NCBI RefSeq assembly: GCF_020745735.1
Contig: NC_083420.1
Span: 22,940,001-23,004,000, forward strand
DNA from: Hemiscyllium ocellatum
Taxonomy: Eukaryota
Reading direction: 5' to 3'
DNA length: 64,000 nucleotides
How positions within the stretch are numbered: the first letter of the stretch is position 1; each line of letters starts with the position of its first letter. The position numbers and the translations under genes are program-made. Positions 1-11,385 of this stretch are shown here, piece by piece. The notes beneath the pieces are model-generated. The model made no database searches. It saw only the letters and a list, made by a program, of their open reading frames with translations, and was not told where the DNA came from.

Positions 1-990
1 GCATTCCCACACCTACCAGTCTTGCCTTTCACCCGAACAGGAACATACTGTCTCTGGACTTTCGTTATCTCATTTCAGAAGGCTTTCCATTTTCCAGCCG
101 TCCCTTTACCTGCGAACATCTGCCCCCAAATGGCTTTTGAAAGTCCCTGCCTAATACATCAAAATTGGCATTCCTTCAATTTAGAACTTCAACTTTTAGA
201 TCTGGTCTATCCTTGTCCATCACTATTTTAAAACTAATAGAATTATGATCGTTGGCCCCAAAGTGTTGCCCACTGACACCTCAGTCACCTGCCCTGTCTT
301 ATTTCCCAAGAGTAGGTCAAGTTTTGCACCTTCTCTCGTAGGTACATCCACATACTGAATCAGAAAATTTTCTTGTACACAGTTAAATTCCTCTCCATCT
401 AACCCCTTAACACCAAGGCAGTCCCAGTCTATATTTGGAAAGTTAAAATCCCCTACCATAACCACCCCATTACTCTTACAGATAACTGAAATCTGGTCAC
501 CCTGCTATAGAAAGGATATTATTAAATTGGAGAAGGTTCAGCAAAGATGTACCAGGATGCTGCTGGAAATGGAAGGTTTGAGTTACAAAGTTAGGCTGGG
601 ACGTACTTCACTGCAGCGTAGCAGGTTGGAGGATGACTTTATAGATGTTTATAAATTCATTAGGGATACAGGTAAGGTGAATAGCAAGTGTTTTATTTTC
701 CCCTGAGGGTGGGCAAGTTAAAAAATATACACCCTAGTTTTGAAGGTGAGAGGAGAGAAATTTAAAAAAAGGACACAGAGAATGGTTCTTATGTGGAATG
801 AACTGCCAGAAGATGTGGTAGATGAAGAAACAGTTACAATGTTTAAAAGACACTTAGATTGATACATGATTAGGAAAGGTTTGGAGGGAATTGCAGTCAA
901 GTGGGAGAAGTTTCATTTGGGAACATGATTGGCGTGGACTAGTTGTACTGAAGAATTCTGTTTCCATGCTGTATGACTCTGTGACTCTAC
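1..990. mobile_element. CR1-type LINE remnants, two pieces in opposite orientation
   Basis: 1-490 minus encodes GDFNFPNIDW...LDLLL (APE region); about 492-990 plus is an RT C-terminus/3'UTR ending in GACTCT repeats. Confidence 0.8.
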
Positions 991-2342
991 AAGTGTTCTC
1001 CTTTATTCCAAGGGAATTGGATAGGAATGAGAGAATGAGGAAAGGGAAGGAGACAGATTCCTCAGTTTATCCCCACAGTTAAAGTCATAGAGTCATAGAG
1101 ATGTACAGCAGCAATCCACTGCAAATCCCATTCTGTACTCTGTCAAACACCACTGCAAGTTGTTACCATGGGAAACCTAAAACGCCTTGACAACAACTGC
1201 AATTAAGAGCACAAATAATTATAGAATCATAGATTATTGAATGCAGGAAGCCATTCAGCAAATAGCATTTGCTAGTTCAAACAGCAAACAGTTAGTCCAT
1301 CTCCCCTGATCTTTTCCCATATTCCTATAATTTTTAAAAATTCCCTGAAGTTTCAACTCATAAAACTATGATGCATTACATGTAAACATGAAAAGATTAA
1401 ATAAATGATTCAGGACTGTATCAATTTCATAATATTCATCAACACATAAGTTTCTTGAGGATTCTGCTATAAATACAGAGAAAAAGAACTGAAGGGGTGC
1501 AAAAAGGCCCATCTTCAAGGACAGTTCCAAAACAAGGTATTCCAAAAACCAGTGCCATAGGGGAATAAAACCAGGTTCTGGTGGATTTCCACAGCAGCAG
1601 AATTTATTCAATCCAGCAGAACTGATCAGCTAGCTATTGATTTTATCAAGTCTCTATTTGTACTGGAGTGTAGTCCTTGAGGTAGCCACATTTGCTGACA
1701 AAACAATCAGGGTTGCACTTAACATTACAACAGCCTGCATTTGGACTGTGTATTTTACAGAGAAAAATATCTCGAGATGTTTTACAGAAATGCAATCAGG
1801 CAATGTTTGACAGCAAACTAAAGAGGGAGATATGAGAAAATTTGACTGAAAGCTTGTTTAAAGCAGCAAGCTTTAAGAGGGGCTTAAGAGACAAGAGAGA
1901 AAATTTAACTGGCAGTGAAACAAATGGATCTTCAAAAAGGTGCTAAGGGAACACAAACTCCTTTCTGATTCTGCTCCTTTATGTTTGTTTCATTGCATTC
2001 CTTAATTCCATATTGTAAAATTGATAGCCAGCCAAATGTCTGTCAGCTTTCATGGCTAATTCATACCATTGTTCTTGCAGGACTCTAGTAAATGAATCGA
2101 AAATAAACAAGGATCCTGGATTTGATTGATCTTCAACTATGATGGAATTTTTTTTGGCCGTATAAAATAGAGCCTTTATCAACCCATTGCAATGTTATTG
2201 GTACATGAGGAATGCCTGCACACTACCCCTTAACTTACATGAGCACTGCCTAATATGACCAATCACATGAGGTATATCGGCCTGCAGAATGATGCAAATA
2301 TACCCAAGACAGAGAAGTTGATCCCAAAAATGGGGAGTAAGG

Positions 2343-2655
2343 ATTAGATTAGATTACTTACAGTGTGGAAACAGGCCCTTCGGCCCAACAAGTCCACACC
2401 AACCCGCCGAAGCGCAACCCACCCATACCCCTACATTTACCCCTTACCTAACACTACGGGCAATTTAGCATGGCCAATTCACCTGACCCGCACATCTTTG
2501 GACTGTGGGAGGAAACCGGAGCACCCGGAGGAAACCCACGCAGACACGGGGAGAACGTGCAAACTCCACATAGTCAGTCGCCTGAGTCGGGAATTGAACC
2601 CAGGTCTCAGGCACTGTGAGGCAGCAGTGCTAACCACTGTGCCACCATGCCGCCC
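2343..2655 (-). mobile_element. HE1-like tRNA-derived V-SINE, young copy
   Basis: GGGCGGCA(T)GGTGGCACAGTGGTTAGCACTG head, B-box GGTTCAATTCC, V-domain GTGGAGTTTGCACGTTCTCCCCGTG, (ATCTA)n tail. Confidence 0.9.
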
Positions 2656-2764
2656 AAACATTTTAAAAATTAAAAATGGTATATTACAGTGGACCCCTTC
2701 ATAAGGGAGCCTAAGTCAGGAGTAAAAGATTTTGTGTGGGGATGGGTGGTCAGCAAATGGATGT

Positions 2765-3992
2765 GAGCATAAGAGGTATAGTTAGTAAGTTTGCAGATGA
2801 CACCAAAATTGGTGGTGTAGTGGACAGCGAAGAAAGTTACCTCAGACTACAACAGGATCTTGATCAGATGGGCCAATAGGCTGAGGAGTGGTGTTTAATT
2901 CAGATAAATGCGAGGTGCTGCATTTTGGGAAAGCAAATCTTAGCAGGACTTACACACTTAATGGTAAGGTCCTAGGGAGTGTTGCTGAACAAAGAGACAT
3001 TGGAGTGCAGGTTCATAGCTCCTTGAAAGTGGAGTTGCAGATAGATACGATAGTGAAGAAGGCTTTTGGTATGCTTTCCTTTATTGGTCGGAATATTGAG
3101 TACAGGAGTTGGGAGGTCATGTTGTGGCTGTTGACATTGGATAGGCTACTGCTGGAATATTGCATGCAATTCTGGTCTCCTTCCGATTGAAAAGATGTTG
3201 TGAAACTTGAAAGGGTTCAGAAAAGCTTTACAAGGATGTTGCCAGGGTTGGAGGATTTGAGCTATAGAGAGAGGCTGAACAGGGTGGGGCTGTTTTCCTG
3301 GAGCGTCGGAGGCTGGTGGGTTGAACTTATAGAGGTTTACGAAATCATGAGGGGCATGGATAGGATAAATAGACAAAGTCTTTTCCCTGGGGTGGGGGAA
3401 GTCCAGAGCTAGAGGGCATAGGTTTAGGGTGAGAGGGGAAAGATATTTGTGGGCTAGCACTGTTGCCTCACAGCGCCAGAGACCCGGGTCCAATTCCCGA
3501 CTCAGGCGACTGACTGTGTGGAGTTTGCACGTTCTCCCCATGTCTGCGTGGGTTTCCTCCGGGTGCTCTGGTTTCCTCCCACAGTCCAAAGATGTGCGGG
3601 TCAGTAAATTGGCTATGCTAAATTGCCCCTAGTGTTAGGTAAGGGGTAAATGTAGGGGTATGGGTGGGTTGCGCTTCGGCGGGTCAGTGTGGACTTGTTG
3701 GGCCGAAGGGCCTGTTTCCACACTGTAAGTAATCTAATATTAAAGAGACCTAAGGGGAAATGTTTTCACACAGAGAGTGATACGTGCATGGAATGAGCTG
3801 CCAGAGGAAGTGGTGGAGGCTAGTACAATCGCAACATTTAAAAGGCATTTGGATGCGTATATGAATGGGAACGGTCTGCAGAGATATGGGCCAGGTGCTG
3901 GCAGGTGGAACTAGATTAGGTTAGGATATCTGGTCGGCATGGATGGGTTGGACCGAAGGGTCTGCTTCCGTGCTGTACATCTCTATGACTCC
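2765..3992 (+). mobile_element. CR1/HER1-like LINE 3' portion with a SINE nested inside
   Basis: KFADDTK, KCEVLHFG and LEYCMQFWSP motifs; CTCTATGACT tail. Confidence 0.9.
3450..3737 (+). mobile_element. HE1-like SINE nested in CR1
   Basis: Same sequence family as 2343-2655, slightly 5'-shortened; ATATT on both flanks. Confidence 0.9.
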
Positions 3993-4955
3993 AAGTGCCT
4001 GAGCTATTCCATGGAAATCCAGAGAAGGAGGAACAGCCCAACTTTCCCATGAATTCCTACAGTTATATCAATGCAATCAGTGAGCACTGCTGATCTAACA
4101 GAAGCTAGCAGTGAAAAAAAAGGCTTACGAACTTTACCTCAGCTATTTTTATACCTTGTCATAGACTTTCCTGCTCCATCTATTGATTCAAATGAATCAA
4201 GTCAAAGATGCGGATAGAGATGGGAGTGATAAGGAAAAATGTGCATTAAATATTGTAAAAAAAAGTAATCTGGGCAACTCATTTGCAAATGTATATAAAT
4301 ATTCATCAATATTTAAGGTGGGAGAAAAAAGCTTGGGGGGGGGGTTTCTGTAAAGGCTTGGGCAAACCTGTGACGATGTCATAGGCTCTTCTTCATTAGA
4401 TGTGAAATGTAGGCAAAGTTAGGGGTTGGGGGGCGGAAACGAAAAGAAACACCATGAGAGCTAGGTAGAAATTTGAAGTCCATCCATATGCATTTTTGAA
4501 ATACTTGTAGAAAAATAAGGAACTAGACCACCTACCATTAGAAGGAAGAATTTATGGAATAGTCTTTCTATCTTGTAGCCATTCTATCCTGGATACCATG
4601 TATTATAGTATTTATTTATATGTAATAATGTTATAAACTAAGTCTGAAGACTGTTCATGACTTTGTCTTCTCTTTGACCAAACTCATGAATATGGGCACT
4701 ACACCACTAAAAGAGACAGATTTAGAATTCAGGTTAAGATTTGGGTTAGCAGAATAGGTTAAAGTTGGTTAGTCCTTAAACTTAGAACAGGAGTGAAGAT
4801 TTGATTTAGCACTAGGGTGCAAGTTCAATTCTGGATCAGAGACTGGAAGTGAAGGTTATGGTTTATAGCTAGTACGTCAGTATTCGGCTAATATAAGAGT
4901 AGAGATGAGGCTTGTCTAGACTGGTCGAGACGTCAAACATCATTTGGGGCCGCAC

Positions 4956-5248
4956 CTCTCTATTATTAACTTGGTCAGAATAGGCTCCTCATAGTAAACC
5001 GCCGAGATCTCCATCGGCTGGCCATGGCGCTCGGAGCTCTCGGACATGTCTGGAGTGGTTTCATCCTGATGTTCCGTCACCATCCGACACATCAGATTCC
5101 CTTCCGAATGGACGGGCTCCGCCTCTGACAGCGCCTCCTCTACCAAATCGGAGGATTTCCCCTTCGTTAGTTTCTCTTTGTCCTTTTCTTTCTCTTTTTC
5201 CTTCTCCTCCTTCCCTTTCTTCTTCTTCTTGTCTGCTCCTTTCACCAT
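4956..5248 (-). CDS. RSPH10B: Radial spoke head 10 homolog B, first coding exon; exon 2 not found in the window, so the rest presumably lies left of it
   Basis: MVKGADKKKKKG...YEEPILTKLIIE(R/S) resembles human MVKEKKKADKKG...YEESILTKLIVES; AAGATGG start context; phase-2 donor AG|GTGCGG; syntenic position downstream of PMS2. Confidence 0.85.
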
Positions 5249-5254
5249 CTTGGC

Positions 5255-5320
5255 GTCGTCCCTAACAACGTGGCTCGTTACCCAGGCGACGGCATGCGCA
5301 CTCACGAACTACAGCTCGCC
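5255..5320. promoter_or_regulatory. RSPH10B CpG-rich proximal promoter/5'UTR with RFX X-box-like and NRF1-like motifs
   Basis: GTTACCCAGGCGAC at 5277-5290, half-site CCTAACAAC at 5261-5269, GCATGCGCA at 5292-5300; local CpG enrichment. Confidence 0.55.
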
Positions 5321-5474
5321 ACAAGATTCAAAACAAATGCGCCGATATGCACTTTACAATTCAAAACATGTAGCTGGTGCATTGGCATCTGTTGCGCACC
5401 CTGCAAACCACATTCATTTGGTGCAAGAATGTGTTTTATCTTCCCATGTCCGAAATTACTTTACTTACATTTTA

Positions 5475-6345
5475 TAGACTCAGAGGTCTACAGCCCAGAA
5501 GAAGACCTTCGGCCCATCCAGTCTGCACCAATCAAAAACAATGAATTATTCTATTTTCCAACACTTGATCCATGACATGTACCCTGTATACCTTTCCATT
5601 TGCATGCCAACATCTAAACATTTATTACGATATGAGGGTTACTGCCTCTTACACTTACCCCTACAGGCTGTGAGTTCGAGATTCCTACCTTCCCCTGGGT
5701 GAAAACATTTTTTCCCTCACCTCCCCTTTAAATCACCTGCCCTTTAGCTTTAATTTGCACCCCTTACTCATTGATTCCTCCACCAATAGGACTGCTCTAT
5801 TCATGCCCCTCAATTTTATACGTCTCAATCATGTTCCCTTTCAGTGTCCAAACCAAGGAAAACAACCCAGTCTATTCAATCTCTCTTCACAACTAAAACT
5901 GTCCAGTCCAGGCAACATCCTGGTAAACCTCCTCTGCACGCTCCCCATTGCAAACAAATCCATCGTACGATGTAGATTCCAGAACTGCACACAGTATTCT
6001 AGCTTGGCCTAACCAACATTTTATCCAGCAGAAAATCCATGCTCTTTAACTCTATCCCTCAGCTAACAAAGCCAAGTATACCATATGCCTTCATAACCAC
6101 TTTATCCACCTGACCTGTTACCTTAACAGGTAGGATATGCACATCTAAGTCTCTGATCCTTGGTGTTTTCCATGATTCTACCATTCATTGTGTATTCCTT
6201 TGCCATGTTTGTCCTGCCTGAATGCATCATCTCTCACTTATCCAAACTGAATTCCATTTACTACTGATCAGCCCATCTGACTATCTTGTCTATATCTTTC
6301 TGTAACCCAAGGCTATCCTCCTCACTTTTATCCCACCACTCTTCA
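5475..6345 (-). mobile_element. Decayed CR1 LINE
   Basis: CCAGAACTGCACACAGTATTC / GGCAACATCCTGGTAAA signature of the CR1 RT C-terminus. Confidence 0.75.
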
Positions 6346-6354
6346 AAAATGAGT

Positions 6355-6560
6355 TAAGGTGATCCTTTACATCCAACTGAAAAAGACAATGGGGCCTTCC
6401 TTTAATGTCCACTTTGAAAGACAGCACCTCCAGCAGCGCAGCATTCCTCCGGTAATGCAATGCAGCGTTTGCCTAGAATGTTTTGCTCAATGCTTTGCTG
6501 TGGAATTTGAACCCACAACCTTATGATTCAGTCAAGACAGCCACAAACTGAGTCCAGGTG
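6355..6560 (-). mobile_element. Ancient Deu-domain SINE (SacSINE1/AmnSINE-like) remnant
   Basis: GATCCTTTACATCCA...TTTAATGTC...GAAAGACAGCACCTCC...GCAGCATTCC; similar remnants near 33050-33175, 39900-40205, 43130-43340, 45055-45120, 46730-47160 and 55930-56170. Confidence 0.6.
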
Positions 6561-7037
6561 ATAATTCATGATTACAGCCTAACTGCAAGGTATTACACTC
6601 GGAGAGAGAAAAACAGGTGGACTAACCAGTTCAAATATGTTGTTTCTAATATTCTGCAGATTGAAATACGTTTAAACAATTAGTTCAAAGAAAGCAATGG
6701 CTTCATGAGATTATCTTGCTCCAGAAATGCAGATTTGTGAGGCATTGAGAAATGAAGAATTCTTTGGCATACAAAAGTCACATTCCCAGACACAAATACA
6801 ATAAACAAATTACTTTGTTAATAGCGATATATAGTGATTTTTTTAAATAATAAATGGAAATCAATTTAAATTCACTGAAGTAAATTCCACAACTAAAATA
6901 TTGATTAAAATTGCAGTTAGAATTCAAGAAAGATGGCATTTACAACAACTTTGATTATTACATTTTAAAATGAAAGCTTTTCAAGAAATATATGTTCTAT
7001 GACTATAGTTTAATATACATGGGATGAATATAGCCAT

Positions 7038-7181
7038 TCATTCCACCGATATCATATCTAAATTTGCTAGATGTCTCATGGTTGGCCGCCCATGTGGGCA
7101 GTTCCAGGGATGCTCTATTTCACCCATGTGTGTAACCAATTTCTTCATCTCACTGATATGAAGCGCAGTTCCAATCATTAC
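7038..7181 (-). CDS. PMS2: PMS2 exon 15 (terminal; CPHGRP motif)
   Basis: ccag|VMIGTAL...[24 protein letters not shown]; 144 nt. Confidence 0.97.
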   Translation of the reverse strand, partial: VMIGTALHISEMKKLVTHMGEIEHPWNCPHGRPTMRHLANLDMISVE

Positions 7182-8041
7182 CTGGAGGTGGAAAAAAAAG
7201 TTGCACAATATAAGGCACAACAGTACTGCCTTCAACCTGCTTCAGTTTATGCCAGTTGTCCCTTCAATATCTCATTCTTCTGCTTATTCCTTTATAGAAA
7301 GCCAAAAAAATGAGTGCTGATAAGACTATTATGCTACTGGGGACATTACAGTTCATTCTGCTCCTGACCTCTTTACCTATTATGCTTTCCAAAAGAAATC
7401 ATTAAATAACAATCATAAAAAGCTTAGATAATTCATTCCTTGCCTAGTTAAAAAGAATTTAACTCCGTTGTAGCTCATCAACTGAACTAGAGCTGATCAA
7501 AGCTGAGCCATTTTGCATGGCTGAATATAATGGCATATGGCCGATGCGGTCTAATTAACTGTGAGAGTTGGGTAAAAATTTAAGGGAGACATCAATAGCT
7601 ACATGTAGCTATAAAGGCCATTCAATCAGGAAAGCACAGCCCAACATGTACAGAACTGAATTTCTGAGCATTGGGAAAGAATTTATTGGGATAAGTAGCT
7701 CTTCTAATGATTCAAAACTCTTCATAAAAAGATTTGAACTTCAAGCGTTGGTCAGATGTAACTCAAGGTTATACTGGAAGGAGTTTATTTCAGAATCCTA
7801 AGGGCCATTTTTCCATGAAATCAACAGTATTACTCTGCAGGGGAAAATAATTGCAAGGCAAAAGCTTCTATTAAGCCAAGAGGACAAATGTTATTTAATA
7901 TGGGCACAAATATAATGATGCCTTTTTCTTAGGTGCTCAATTTCTTTTAAGATTTATAAGACAATTTCATTGTCCATAATACAATAAATTAGTGATGATC
8001 ATTAAATGCACTTTGTTAGGAATGCTTTGAGGAACACTTAC

Positions 8042-8211
8042 CGACTTTCTACAAGCCCTGGAAGCAAACATCTGCCTGACTCTGGATGGTCGACACATCA
8101 CCCCAGGCATATCACTCAGCATGAAAATCAGCTCATCGATATCCTGAGGACCAAATGTCCAGTTCTTGCTCATTGGCAAGGAAACCAGCTTTACTCTATC
8201 AGTGGGAGCAG
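8042..8211 (-). CDS. PMS2: PMS2 exon 14
   Basis: [34 protein letters not shown]...FASRACRKS|gtaagt; 170 nt. Confidence 0.97.
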
Positions 8212-8344
8212 CTTTATTGAAAAACAACAAGGACAAAACAAAAAACACATTCTGTAAACAGGTATTGAACAGTTACTGACCTCAACTTAATTTTCTTCAA
8301 GAATATTTATGTCCGGTGTTTTAACTACAAGGAGATAAACCAAC

Positions 8345-8445
8345 CTTCCTCGTTTATCATAAAATCAAACCCATTCTTTCTGAATATGTCCAGGTTTTCC
8401 ATCAGTACAGTTTCATTCACTGCAGTTAAATGAAGATTCTGGGGT
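8345..8445 (-). CDS. PMS2: PMS2 exon 13
   Basis: [33 protein letters not shown]; AG/GT bounded; 101 nt. Confidence 0.95.
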
Positions 8446-8700
8446 CTAGAAGTTAAAAACAATATTTAACTATATGAATAGAGAAGAATATATTCTTTAA
8501 AAAAAGGATCAAGTCCAACTTAAATTCTACTTTCAGAATTCATCTGTACCACAGGATGACAGAAATGCTTATAGACTGTGGACAACAAAAGACATTTATG
8601 GGCAATTAACTCCACAGACTAAACTTAAATATAATGTATTCAATTATTCTGTTCACTTTTAGGTCGTAAAGTAGAATAATACAACTGAAGCCCACTAAAT

Positions 8701-8971
8701 GGGCAGCACGGTGGCACAGTGGTTAGCACTGCTGCCTTACAGTGCCAGAGACCCGGGTTCAATTCCCGCCTCAGGCGGCTGATTGTGTGGAGTTTGCACA
8801 TTCTCCTGGTGCTCCGGTTTTCTCCCACAATCCAAAAATGTGCAACTCAGGCTATGTTAGGTGCAGGGTTAAACATAGGGGAATGGGTCTGAGTGGGTGT
8901 GCTTTGGCGGGTTGGTGTAGACTTGTTGGGCTGAAGGGCCTGTTTCCACACTGTAAGTAATCTAATCTAAA
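8701..8971 (+). mobile_element. HE1-like SINE, more diverged
   Basis: GGGCAGCACGGTGGCACAGTGG head and AATCT tail. Confidence 0.88.
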
Positions 8972-9469
8972 TCCACAATCAAAAATCTGATACACTCTAC
9001 ATTCGACTACTAGGGAGACATGGTGTGTATAAGTAAAATGAGCTGGTCCCTTACTGAGAATCAGTCAGTCTTCAAGAAATTAGAAACAGGAAGAGACCAT
9101 TCACGTGAACATCAGAATTAGCAGTCAGCCACTTTGGTTTTAGTCATTCATAGGATGTGGGCATTATTGGCTGGACCAGCATTTATGACACACCCCTAGT
9201 TGTCCTTGAGCTGGCGATGTTGAGCTGACTTCTTGAACCACTGTAGTTCATTTGCTACACATAAATATACAATATCATTAGTGAAGGAGTTCCAGGATTT
9301 TGACCCAATGACAGTGAAGGAAAAGCGATATACTGCCAAGTATTGATTGATGAATAACTTCAAACAGGCAATGGAGTTCCCATGAATCTGTTGCTGTTTG
9401 TCCTTTTAGGTATTAGTGGTCATGGATTTGGAAGGTGCTGTCTAAAGGAGTCTTGGTGCAACTTATATC

Positions 9470-11385
9470 TTGGCCCCTTAAGCCTGCTATGGCATTTAAT
9501 AATGCCTGACTGGTTTACTCCACATTTACACTTTCTCCCTTGTAAGCCTTCACCTCCTTCCTTATTAAAAATCTGTCTACCTCCGTCTTAAAAACAAAGA
9601 TTCTGCTTCCACCATCCTCCTTTAAGGAAGAGCTCCAAAGGCTCATCAACCTCTGAAGTTAGTCTCAAATGGATAACTACGTACTTTAAATAGTGACTCC
9701 AGTTTTAGATTCTCCACAGGAGGAAACATCCTTTCCAATATCCACCCTGTGAAGACTCCTCAGAATAGTGCACCCTTCAATTAAGTCACCCCTTACTCTT
9801 GTAAACTCTAACCTTCAAACTTTCCTCAGAATACAACCCACCCATTTCATGTATAAGTCTTGTAAACCTTCTCTGAACTGCTTCCAATGTATTTTCATTT
9901 TTCCTTAAACAAGTGAGTATTGGTAGACACAGTACTCCAGATGTTGTCTTATCAGTGCTCTTTAAACTGAAGCTTCACAGCTACTGTATTTAATTCCCCT
10001 TGCAATAATCAATAACATTCTATTAGCTTTATTAATTATTTGCTGTACCTGCATACTTACCTTCTGCAATTCATTCATAAGGACATCAAGATCCCTCTGC
10101 ATCTGAAGATTCTGCAATTGCTCACCATATCTGAATTATGTTACTTTTTAATTTTTTTTCAGCCAAAACAGACAATTTCACATATTCCTACATTATACTC
10201 CACTCGCTAGATCTTTCCCCCATCAGTTAACCTATCGCTATCCCTCTGTAGTCTCTTTTTGTCTCCTCATAACTTACTTTGCTACCCATCTTTATGTGAC
10301 AGCTTATTTTGTAAGGTTAATTGACAAGGTTAGATCATATGGGATTGGGGTAATTTATTAGCTTGGTTAAATTACTGGCTGATGGACAGACAACAGAAAG
10401 TCAGGATAATTTTTTTTCTGGATGTGAGAAGTAACTAGTGGGGTGCCACAAGGTTTGGTCTTTGGACCCCCAATTATTTGCATTCTATATTAACAACTTG
10501 AGATACAGTGATAGAAGGCTCAATAGCCAAATTTGCAGATAACCCAAAAATAGGCGGGACGGTAAATTGCAATGAGGAATAAGAACCTTACAAATGGATA
10601 TAGATGGGTTGGGAGACTGGGTTAAATATATAGATGGAGTTTACCATTGATAAGTGTGAGGTCACACATTTTGGTTGGAAAAATGGGAAGGCGACCTATT
10701 ATCTTAACGGGAAAAACTTCAGGGTGCTCCAGTGTAGGGGGATCTGGGTTCACAAGCCACAGAAAACTAGCATGCAAGTACAGCAGAGAATAGAGAAAGC
10801 AAATGGAATGTTGGCTTTTATCGCTAAAGGAATAGTTAAGGAAGTATTGTTGCAACTATACTAGGCATTGGTGAGACCATACCTGGAGTATTGTGCACAG
10901 TTTTGGTCCCCTTGTTTGAGGAAAGATGCAGTTGCATTGGAGGCAGTTCAGAGGAGGTTCACTATATTGATCCCAGACATGAGGGGGTTTGTCGTATGAA
11001 AAAAGATTGAATAGTTTAGGCCAATACTCCTGGAATTTAGAAGAATGAGGGAGATCAAATTGACGTATTCAAGATGATAAAAGGTATAGTAAAAATAGAT
11101 ATGAAGCAGATGCTATCTCTTGCGAGACATTCTCGCGCAAGAGGTCACACTCTTCGGATAAGGGGTAGCAAATTTAAAAGAGTTGAAGATAAACAACTTC
11201 TTCCGAAGGATTGTGAATCTGTGGAATTCGCGAACCCAAGGTGTGGTAGATGCTGGGACAGTGAGTAAATTTAAGGAGGTGGATTGAAGGGTTATGGGGA
11301 GAAGGCAGGAAAATGGGGGTGAGAAGCATGTCAGCCATGATCAAATGGCAGAGCAGATTTGATGGGCAAAATGGCCTAAGTCTGC
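9470..11385. mobile_element. CR1 LINE remnants (minus 9470-10310, plus 10315-11385)
   Basis: KCEVTHFG, ANGMLAFI and [10 protein letters not shown] motifs on plus; mirror signature on minus. Confidence 0.8.

Noticed and set aside
1979-2182. Minus-strand 67-aa ORF as RSPH10B exon 2 or a novel gene
   Set aside because: It has no MORN-repeat (YEGE...G.G) signature, no convincing splice sites and a non-ATG start. RSPH10B exon 2 was not found anywhere in 1-4955.
2363-2704. Recurrent 'MWKQALRPNKSTPTRR...' ORFs (also at 15557, 15922, 37274 and 49019) as a new multi-copy protein family
   Set aside because: They are antisense readings of the HE1-like SINE that start at a non-ATG codon beside the microsatellite tail.
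4730-4870. GGTTAG-rich stretch as interstitial telomeric repeat or CRISPR-like array
   Set aside because: It is too degenerate and has no constant period or repeat-spacer structure.
5249-5305. N-terminal extension MSAHAVAW... of RSPH10B in the ORF track
   Set aside because: It begins at GTG and overlaps promoter motifs. Homology and Kozak context favour ATG 5248.
8701-8775. SINE heads as tRNA genes
   Set aside because: The A/B boxes run into a V-domain and LINE-like tail with no terminator, so they are SINE-derived.
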